Shown here piece by piece: positions 7,174 to 13,678 of a DNA stretch of 14,071 nucleotides; positions within the stretch are counted from its first letter, which is position 1; each line of letters begins with the position of its first letter. Location of the stretch: the NCBI GenBank assembly GCA_001303885.1, contig LJUE01000149.1:1-14071 (forward strand), in the 5' to 3' direction. Position numbers and translations under genes: made by a program. The notes beneath the pieces were generated by a model. It was not told the origin of the DNA. It searched no databases and saw only the letters and a list, made by a program, of their open reading frames with translations. Source of the DNA: Planctomycetes bacterium SM23_32. GTDB lineage: Bacteria > Planctomycetota > Brocadiia > SM23-32.

Positions 7174-8149
7174 GGCTTGTGCGCCTCCCGCCGTCCTGCG
7201 CCCAGCGCAGGTAGGCTTCCTCGTCTTCAGGCGAGACCGAGGGCTTCATCGAGGCCACGATGCCGCCTATGTCGTCCATGCCGATGTCCCGGGCGGTGCC
7301 GGTACGGATGCTCTCCACGAACGCGCGCGCCCCGGCCCGCTCGCACAGGTCGGCGATGTCCGCGCCGCTGTAACCGGCCAGCTCCTCGGTCAGCGTGTCC
7401 AGATCCACGTCGTCCGCCAGCGGGCGAGCCGCCAGGTAGAGCTCCAGCATCCGCCGGCGGGCTTCGGCGTCGGGCAGCCCCACGTAGACCTTGGCATCGA
7501 ACCGGCCCGGCCTGAGCGCCGCCGAGTCCACCGCCCACGGTTCGTTAGTGGCACCCAGAAACAGGAGCGTCCCCTCCCGGCCCCGGAAGCCCTGCAGCTC
7601 GGCCAGCACCTGCGGCACCACGCGCTGCATGACCGAGGAGCTCGAGCGGCGCCGTGCCGGTATGAGCGCCTCTACCTCGTCTATGAACACCACGGCGCGT
7701 CCGCAGGCGCGGGCCTCCTCGAAGAGCCGCTCGACGTTCTGCTCGGCTTCACCGACCCACTTGGACATCAGCTCGGAGGGCTTGGCCGTGAAGAAGGCGG
7801 CGTCCACCTCCCCGGCGATAGCCCGTGCCAGCAGCGTCTTGCCCGTGCCCGGCGGCCCGAACAGCAGCAGCCCGCCGCCCTGTCGCACGCCGTAGCGCGC
7901 GGCCGCCTCCGGGTACTGCAGGGGATATATGAGCCGCAGGCGGGCCTCCTCTTTGGCCTCCTGGAGGCCGGCCACGTCGTCGAAGCAGACGTCCGCCGGC
8001 TCGCGCACCAGGAACGCCGGCTCGCCCTCCTCGACGGCCACGCGGGCCGCCCGCAGGTAGTGCAGTCTTGCCCCCGCATAGTCGTGCGCCTGGCGGGCGC
8101 TCGACGCCTTGTTCAGGTACTCCAGGGATTTCTCCAGCAGGAGCTTCAC
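7154..8149 (-). CDS. MIT-domain AAA+ ATPase of the meiotic clade (Vps4/katanin/spastin-like), copy 1
   Basis: GTG start at 8149 overlaps the TGA of the upstream Snf7-like gene (GTGA). N-terminus LEKSLEYLNKASSARQAHDYAGARLHYLRAARVAVEE is MIT-like (compare Vps4 [34 protein letters not shown]). Walker A LLLFGPPGTGKTLLARA. ELMSKWVGEAEQNVERLFEEAR matches [14 protein letters not shown] of Vps4. Walker B VVFIDEVEAL. ALRPGRFD second region of homology. C-terminus MKPSVSPEDEEAYLRWAQ matches the spastin/katanin/Vps4 C-terminal RPSVSPxDLxxYxxW motif. Confidence 0.85.
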   Translation of the reverse strand: MKLLLEKSLEYLNKASSARQAHDYAGARLHYLRAARVAVEEGEPAFLVREPADVCFDDVAGLQEAKEEARLRLIYPLQYPEAAARYGVRQGGGLLLFGPPGTGKTLLARAIAGEVDAAFFTAKPSELMSKWVGEAEQNVERLFEEARACGRAVVFIDEVEALIPARRRSSSSVMQRVVPQVLAELQGFRGREGTLLFLGATNEPWAVDSAALRPGRFDAKVYVGLPDAEARRRMLELYLAARPLADDVDLDTLTEELAGYSGADIADLCERAGARAFVESIRTGTARDIGMDDIGGIVASMKPSVSPEDEEAYLRWAQDGGRRTSHVSAHR

Positions 8150-8739
8150 TTCATCTCCTTGCGCATCTGCTCTTCGACTTCCGTCAGCCCCCGCGCGATC
8201 CTCTCGTCGTAGGCCTGCGCCTCGTCGGCCTCGGCCTCGCCCTCCATGGCCTGTGCGATTTCGGTCAGCTCCTCTTCGTCCGCCTCCTCGGCGCCGAACA
8301 CCGAATCGGCGCTGGCGTCCATGGCCAGCGCCAGCATGTCGTCCACGGCCTGCGCTCTGGTCAGGGCCTCTTCCATGCGGGCCTGCATGGACGCTATCTG
8401 GCCGGGCTCGGCGCCGCGCATCATGGACTTGGTGGTGGCGGCGATGGCGTCTATGAACTCGGCGACGGTGGCCGACTCCTCCTTGCGCACGCCGAGCGTC
8501 TCAAGCTGGAGCAGGTAGCGCTCCCATCGTCCCAGGAGGTCCCGCGTGCGTATGTAGGCCCCGGCCAGGTGTCGGAACTGCTCCCGGTCGCCCAGGCGCA
8601 GGGCTTCCTTGCCGAGCCGCCAGTACTTCTTCTGCACCTTCTGCGCGTTCTTGATGAAGCGCTTTATCCTGGCCTTGCCCTGCCTGAGCTTGATCTCCCG
8701 CTCAAGCTCGCGCTGCCTCTTGGACTTGAAGAGTGCCAT
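8146..8739 (-). CDS. Snf7-family ESCRT-III-like protein (CHMP3/Vps24-like), copy 1
   Basis: 197 aa. ATG at 8739 with GAGGGAG about 7 nt upstream. Basic N-terminal half MALFKSKRQRELEREIKLRQGKARIKRFIKNAQKVQKKYWRLGKEAL. Helix ATTKSMMRGAEPGQIASMQARMEEALTRAQAVDDMLALAMD parallels CHMP3 QKSTEVMKAMQSLVKIPEIQATMRELSKEMMKAGIIEEMLEDTFE. Strongly acidic C-terminal region ends in an amphipathic MIM-like tail DERIARGLTEVEEQMRKEMK. Charge asymmetry and length are typical of Snf7/CHMP. Confidence 0.8.
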   Translation of the reverse strand: MALFKSKRQRELEREIKLRQGKARIKRFIKNAQKVQKKYWRLGKEALRLGDREQFRHLAGAYIRTRDLLGRWERYLLQLETLGVRKEESATVAEFIDAIAATTKSMMRGAEPGQIASMQARMEEALTRAQAVDDMLALAMDASADSVFGAEEADEEELTEIAQAMEGEAEADEAQAYDERIARGLTEVEEQMRKEMK

Positions 8740-8760
8740 CTGCTACTCCCTCGGAGACCC

Positions 8761-9939
8761 TCACCAGTTCTCGAACTTGCGCACGGTCTGCGGCGACGTG
8801 TCCGGCCGTGTGACGGCAAGCGCCGGCTCGAAGTGGCGCCACTCCAGCGGCCGGGTCTTCAGCTCGTAGCGTGCGAGTGCCGTCCTCCGGCCGCCAGCGA
8901 GCTGGGCCAGGTCGGGGTTGGCCTCGGCCACCATGGCCTCCACCGCACGGGCCGCCACGTGGGCCACCTGCCGGCCGCTCAGCCCCTCGCTCGCCTCCAC
9001 GAGCCTGTCCATCGGGAAGGACAACTCGTGGCCCCTGCGCAGCAGGTGCACCTCGAAGATGGCGCGCCGGGCCGCTGCGTCGGGCAGGGGCACGTAGACG
9101 CGCCGCCCGAACCGGCTCAGGGCCGCCTCGTCCATGAACCACGGCGCGTTCGTCGCTCCGATGGTGAAGACCTGTTCCTTGCCGCCTGCGGTCGCCACGC
9201 CGCTCATCTCGGCAAGCAGCGTCGAGAGCACGCGGCGCTCCGGCCCGCTGGTGGCCGCCTCGCGCGTGGGGAAGAGCGCCTCCAGCTCGTCGAAGAAGAC
9301 AACCGAGGGGCTCAGTTCGCGCGCCGTCGCATAGAGGGTCGAGACCAGGCGCGGCGACTCACCGAACCACTTCGAAAGCAGGCTGGAGACCCGCACGTCG
9401 AAGAACGTGGCGTCCAGGCCGTTTGAGATCGCGGCCGCCAGCAGCGACTTGCCCGTGCCGGGCGGCCCGTAGAGCAGGATGTTCGGGGCGGCCTCGATCC
9501 GCACCCCGGTCGGCTTGCGGGCCACCGCCAGGCCAAAGGCGAGGCGCACCTGACGCTTCGCCTCGCCCAGCCCGCCGATCTCGTCCCACGTCACGTCGGC
9601 CTTGGCGATGAGCCCCGTCACCCGCTCCCGCAGCTCGTCTGGCTGCGCGCCCTCTTCGTGGTCCTTGGCTTGCGCCCCTCCAACCAGGCGGGCAGGCACG
9701 GGGGCCTCCTCGCCCCTGTCGAGCCGTTCGGCCCACTCCCTCAGCTCGCGGGAGCGCTTCAACCTCCGCGCTCTCTCCGCGTCGCCCGTCGCGTAATGGG
9801 CATACTGCGCCGCCAGTTTCGCCGCCTCCCGGTAGACCTGAGCCGATCGGGCGAGGTCACCGGAGGCCCGCAGTTCCGCTGCGCGGCGCTCCGACGTGCA
9901 GAGCGCCTCATGAATGCTGCGGCTGAGGTCAACCCTCAT
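8761..9939 (-). CDS. MIT-domain AAA+ ATPase, Vps4-like, copy 2
   Basis: ATG at 9939. Three-helix MIT-like N-terminus ([64 protein letters not shown]). [55 protein letters not shown] is nearly collinear with Vps4 [55 protein letters not shown]. Walker B [38 protein letters not shown] versus Vps4 [28 protein letters not shown]. C-terminus [24 protein letters not shown] resembles the Vps4_C helix (FLKAIKSTRPTVNEDDLLKQEQFTRDFG). Confidence 0.88.
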   Translation of the reverse strand: [392 protein letters not shown]

Positions 9940-9947
9940 CGGACACC

Positions 9948-10601
9948 TCAGAGATCGGGCTCGTCGGGCTCCGCGGCTGCGGATGTCTCTCCACGCTCTC
10001 TCAGTATGTGGTCCACCCGGGCTCTGGCGGCCTCCACGTCCTCGCTCCGCCCCGCCTCCTCGGCTGCCCTGGCCTGCTCCATCGCCTCTACTATGCCGAG
10101 CACGTCGGCGTCTTCCTCCACCTCGGCCGTGTCCATTGCGCCTTCGAGTGCGCCGAGCAGCGTGGTGAACTTCTCCATCTCGAACTGGCCTTCCACCGTG
10201 GCCCTCTCGACGTACTCGGACAGCTCCGACAGCGGCATCTTGGAGACGACGGAGCCGACCTTCAGCTCGTCCAGGAGCGCCATGTTCTCCTTGATCTGAA
10301 GCAGGCCGTCCACGATCCGCAGGTGCTTGTTGAACAGGGCCAGTTGCTGCGCCTTGGCCCGGGCGCGCGAGTCGAGCTGCTTGATCTTGCGGGCCACCAT
10401 CACGCGCCGGCGCTGGCTGGCCTCATTGGTCCCCTCAGCGAACAGCTTCTGCTTCTGAGTGTCCAGGTCGTCCACCTCCCGGCCGAGCCGCCTCTCCATC
10501 TGCTCAATGCGGATCTGCTCGCGCTTCAGTTCGTCAACCGTGATGTTCTCAATCCGGTTCCCACGGTCAATGAGGCTCTTGATCCTGTCCAACAGAGACA
10601 T
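9948..10601 (-). CDS. Snf7-family ESCRT-III-like protein (Snf7/CHMP4-like), copy 2
   Basis: Preferred start is the ATG at 10601 with GAGGAGGAG 5-6 nt upstream. The track's 10616 start is a GTG that overlaps the kinase stop as GTGA. MSLLDRIKSLIDRGNRIE...QIRIEQMERRLGREVDDLDTQKQKLFAEGTNEASQRRRVMVARKIKQLDSRARAKAQQLALFNKHLRIVDGLLQIKENMALLDELK parallels CHMP4 KKIEQELTAAKKHG...ALKRKKRYEKQLAQIDGTLSTIEFQREALENANTNTEVLKNM. Acidic C-terminal half with a terminal helix EDVEAARARVDHILRER. Confidence 0.8.
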   Translation of the reverse strand: MSLLDRIKSLIDRGNRIENITVDELKREQIRIEQMERRLGREVDDLDTQKQKLFAEGTNEASQRRRVMVARKIKQLDSRARAKAQQLALFNKHLRIVDGLLQIKENMALLDELKVGSVVSKMPLSELSEYVERATVEGQFEMEKFTTLLGALEGAMDTAEVEEDADVLGIVEAMEQARAAEEAGRSEDVEAARARVDHILRERGETSAAAEPDEPDL

Positions 10602-10612
10602 TGCTCTCCTCC

Positions 10613-12937
10613 TCACTCAGGTGGCCTGTGCGTCGGCCTGTAGAGAACAACCCCGACCCCCGCCATCTGTTCCAGAACGAAGCCGCCCTCTCCGCTTAAC
10701 GAGTCCAGCACGCGAGCGGCGTTGACACGGCTCAGACCCAGCTCCTCCGCCAGGTGGTCCAGCGAAATCGAACCATGCAACTCCACATAGTCCCGCGCGA
10801 ATCGCTGCGCCTCCTGCAGCGCCGCCCGGTCGAGTGTCGGGGCAAACGCCTCCCGCACACAGGGAGCGAGCTTCTCGTCGGTCTCGTCGTAGATGAACCC
10901 CCCGCGCTCGTGGTCGAAGAGCACTACGCTTACCAGGCGGTCGCGGAAGCCCTGCCTGCCCCCCGCGACGGCGAGATCACGAGCCGCAGCGTCCCAGCCC
11001 GTCGGGCTGTAGGCGATGACCAGATGCCATTCCGCACCAGCGGCCGCGGCCCGGGCCGCCTCATTGAGGAGGGCCTCCAGTTCGGTGCGCGAGGAAGGGG
11101 CGTCGTCGTGGCCGTCGCGGGCGAAACGCTCCAGGTGCGTCAGGCTGCGGGCTTCGACGACCAGGCTCGGTCGGCGCCTGCCCAGCCCGCCCCTGCGAAC
11201 CTGGTACACCACGCCCGCCCCGACCGGGAACTGGTCCGTCGCCTCGGTTCTTCGCCGGCTCGGGCCGAGCGCGTCGCGCAGCTCGGCGGCCCTGTCGGTC
11301 CGTTGTGCCAGCCCGGCCCAGGACCTCACGCTCAGCCTCTCGCCGCTGAGGGGGTCCACCACCTCGCCCAACCCCTCCAGGGCGCTCTCCGCCAGGCGCA
11401 GGAACGTCTGTTCCCCCACGCGCGCTTCTCGAGCCGAAACGACGGCCCCGCCCTCGGCCGTCGCTGCAGCGGCCGCTTCAGCACCGGCTGTCTTCGACTC
11501 CTCGGCGGTGCGCTCAAGCCGTTCGGCAAGCCGGGCGCCTTCACCTGCCTTTGCCTGCTCGGCGTGCTCGGCACAATGCCGGACGCCGCGCGCCTGCCAG
11601 CACGTGCTGCAGATGGGCTCCCCACACACCTCACAGGCACCGGCCGCGCTCAACTGCGAGACGATGACCCCCGAACAGGCGGAGCAGCGGCCCGAGAACG
11701 TCGTCCCGCTCGAGCCGGAGCCCCCGCCCTCCGCGCCCGGCCCACGGCCCTGGGAAGCAACCGCTTCTCTGTGCACGGTCGTGCGGCTCGCCGTGACGAA
11801 CCGCTCGAGGTCCCCTGCAAACTCGGTCGCCGTCTGGTAACGCCGCCGGGGGCTCCGCTCCATAGCTCGGCGCACGACGCCGGCCAGCTCGAAGGGAACC
11901 GAGGGCCGTAGCGCCCGCACGTCGGGCCCCTCACCACGTGCTATCTTGCGCATCACCTCGGTGCTGCTCTCGCCGGGGAAGGGCAGTGCGCCCGTGAGCA
12001 TCTCGAACAAGACTACGCCCACCGAGAACAGGTCGCTGCGCGCGTCAAGGTCCCGGGCGCCGCGGGCCTGTTCGGGCGACATATACCACGGCGTGCCCGT
12101 CGTGGTCCCCTCCCGGGTGAGCCGCACGGCGTCCGCCACGCCCCGCGCCAGGCCGAAGTCGGTGATCTTCACACGGCCGCCCTCGGTGCCGATGATCACG
12201 TTCCCCGGCTTGACATCGCGGTGGACGATGCCGGCCCGGTGGGCATGCTCGAGCCCGAGCAGCATCTCGCGGGCGATGCCGGCCGCCCTGCCGGCGTCCA
12301 TCGGCGCCTCGCGGTCAATCACGGCGCCGAGCGATTCCCCCTCGATGAACTCCATGGCGATGTAGGGCACCGATCCCGCCTCGCCCACGGCGTGGATGGT
12401 CACGATGTTGGGGTGGTTGAGGCGCGCCGCGGCACGCGCCTCTCGCAGGAACCGCTGCCGGGCCTGCTCGTCGTAGAGCAGTCGGGGGCTCATCACCTTG
12501 AGCGCCACGTGGCGGTCCAGGGCCTCCTCGTAGGCACGCAGCACGATGCCCATCCCGCCCTGGCCCACCACGGAGACCACGTCAAAGCTGCCCAGGCGGG
12601 CCAGGTAGCCCTCGTGGCGGGGGGACTCCAGCACCAGCCCGTTGGGCAGCGTCACCCGGCCGGCCTGTGCCACCACGGTGACCCCTGCCCTCTCGACCAT
12701 GCCGCTCCAGTCCATGTCCTGCTCCTGGGCGTCAGGTGCCACGGTGGTCGCCTCGCGCAGGCGGTCAACCTGGTCCGACAGGGGAAGCGCACGGTCGAAG
12801 CGGCGCCGGCACTCCTCGCACTCATCCAGGTGCCTTGCCACCCGGTCTGCCTCCTGCGGCGATGCCTCGTCGCAGGCCGCCCGCCGGATCAGCTCCTCGG
12901 GCACGCAGGCGTCGTCCTGGGGGCTGCCCTCGCTCAT
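10613..12937 (-). CDS. Anti-sigma-factor N-terminal zinc finger (zf-HC2) fused to an active Hanks-type Ser/Thr protein kinase, a Cys-cluster (zinc-ribbon-like) region, a domain of unknown function and a C-terminal winged-helix-like segment
   Basis: ATG at 12937 overlaps the sigma-factor TGA (ATGA). N-terminus HLDECEECRRRF gives H-x3-C-x2-C, as in zf-HC2 anti-sigma factors. Kinase motifs: GQGGMGIV, VALKVM, HRDVKPGNVII, ITDFGLAR, GTPWYMSPEQ. Cys cluster CSACSG...CEVCGEPICSTCWQARGVRHCAEH. C-terminal ISLDHLAEELGLSRVNAARVLDSLSGEGGFVLEQ looks like an HTH/winged helix. Confidence 0.9.
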   Translation of the reverse strand: MSEGSPQDDACVPEELIRRAACDEASPQEADRVARHLDECEECRRRFDRALPLSDQVDRLREATTVAPDAQEQDMDWSGMVERAGVTVVAQAGRVTLPNGLVLESPRHEGYLARLGSFDVVSVVGQGGMGIVLRAYEEALDRHVALKVMSPRLLYDEQARQRFLREARAAARLNHPNIVTIHAVGEAGSVPYIAMEFIEGESLGAVIDREAPMDAGRAAGIAREMLLGLEHAHRAGIVHRDVKPGNVIIGTEGGRVKITDFGLARGVADAVRLTREGTTTGTPWYMSPEQARGARDLDARSDLFSVGVVLFEMLTGALPFPGESSTEVMRKIARGEGPDVRALRPSVPFELAGVVRRAMERSPRRRYQTATEFAGDLERFVTASRTTVHREAVASQGRGPGAEGGGSGSSGTTFSGRCSACSGVIVSQLSAAGACEVCGEPICSTCWQARGVRHCAEHAEQAKAGEGARLAERLERTAEESKTAGAEAAAAATAEGGAVVSAREARVGEQTFLRLAESALEGLGEVVDPLSGERLSVRSWAGLAQRTDRAAELRDALGPSRRRTEATDQFPVGAGVVYQVRRGGLGRRRPSLVVEARSLTHLERFARDGHDDAPSSRTELEALLNEAARAAAAGAEWHLVIAYSPTGWDAAARDLAVAGGRQGFRDRLVSVVLFDHERGGFIYDETDEKLAPCVREAFAPTLDRAALQEAQRFARDYVELHGSISLDHLAEELGLSRVNAARVLDSLSGEGGFVLEQMAGVGVVLYRPTHRPPE

Positions 12938-13536
12938 GTAGTCACCATTTCCACGGCTTCGCTGAGGCGCTTGAGCACGCGCGACTTGCTGACATAGACC
13001 TGGCCGATGCTCATGCCCAGCTCCCGCGCTACCTCAGCCGGCGGCCGATCCTCTAAGACGGCCATCTCGAAGGCCCGCCAGGTGGTGCCCTTCACCCTCG
13101 GACGAACCGTGGCGATGGCTGCCTGAAGGCATCGGACCTGCCACTCGCGCTCCCACTTCTCCTCCATACCCGCCCCGGCGTCGGGCAGCCCTTCGACCAT
13201 CTCCACGTTGCTGGTGCCGCCCCGGGCGGGCGGCCGGCGGCGCTGCCGCGCGAAGAAGCGCCGGGCCCGGTTCGTAGTCACCGTGTAGAGCCATCCCCGG
13301 AACGTGCCCTTCGCCGGGTCATAGTCGAACCTGGGCATCTGCTTCAGCACGATCTGCATCACCTCCTGGGCCACGTCCGGGGCGTCGTCGCCCGAAACGC
13401 CGATCCTCCTGAGGTAGCGGAGGACGAGGGGACCATAGAGCTCGGCGAACTCCCGCCAGCTCTCCGCGTCACGGGGGTCGCGCAGCCGCAGCAGCAGACT
13501 CGGGCGCGTTCCCAGCTCATGTTGCCCTGCTCCCAT
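12934..13536 (-). CDS. ECF-type (group 4) sigma-70 family RNA polymerase sigma factor
   Basis: MGAGQHELGTRPSLLLRLRDPRDAESWREFAELYGPLVLRYLRR...DAPDVAQEVMQIVLKQMPRFD...GTFRGWLYTVTTNRARRF shows regions 2.1-2.4. TWRAFEMAVLEDRPPAEVARELGMSIGQVYVSKSRVLKRLSE shows the region 4 HTH. The ATG at 13536 is preferred over the track's 13608 start because the conserved RPSLL(L/E)RL block lies close to the true N-terminus in this family. Confidence 0.85.
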   Translation of the reverse strand: MGAGQHELGTRPSLLLRLRDPRDAESWREFAELYGPLVLRYLRRIGVSGDDAPDVAQEVMQIVLKQMPRFDYDPAKGTFRGWLYTVTTNRARRFFARQRRRPPARGGTSNVEMVEGLPDAGAGMEEKWEREWQVRCLQAAIATVRPRVKGTTWRAFEMAVLEDRPPAEVARELGMSIGQVYVSKSRVLKRLSEAVEMVTT

Positions 13537-13649
13537 CCGGGACCGTCCATCAAGCAGTACCCGGGAGTCGCCCGCACCTTGCACAAGATCCGTGCCGGCT
13601 ACGCCCAATCAGGTGAGCCGAATGCGAGGACGGAGTCCAAGCGGACGCC

Positions 13650-13678
13650 ATTTTACCGGCCTTACCTGTGTTTTCAAG
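13650..13678 (-). promoter_or_regulatory. Candidate sigma-70-type promoter for the sigma-factor operon (minus strand: TTGAAA, 17-nt spacer, TAAAAT)
   Basis: Reverse complement of 13650-13678 reads cTTGAAAacacaggtaaggccggTAAAATg. This is a conspicuously AT-rich hexamer pair in roughly 70% GC DNA, about 110 nt upstream of the sigma ATG in the 284-nt divergent intergenic region. Confidence 0.3.

Noticed and set aside
7136-9426. Plus-strand ORFs 7136..8212 and 8068..9426
   Set aside because: Antisense to the two AAA ATPase genes and the Snf7-like gene, whose motifs (Walker A/B, SKWxGES, Vps4_C) fix the coding strand as minus.
10602-10616. GTG start at 10616 for ESCRT-III copy 2
   Set aside because: It is possible, since GTGA overlaps the kinase stop. 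But the ATG at 10601 with GAGGAGGAG upstream is a stronger initiation site, and the extra residues VRRRA are not conserved-looking. The ambiguity is kept in the findings.
13537-13608. Longer N-terminal extension of the ECF sigma factor (start at 13608)
   Set aside because: ECF region 2.1 (RPSLLLRL) is normally within about 15 residues of the N-terminus. The extension is Gly/Asp/Val-rich with no SD, so the ATG at 13536 is preferred.
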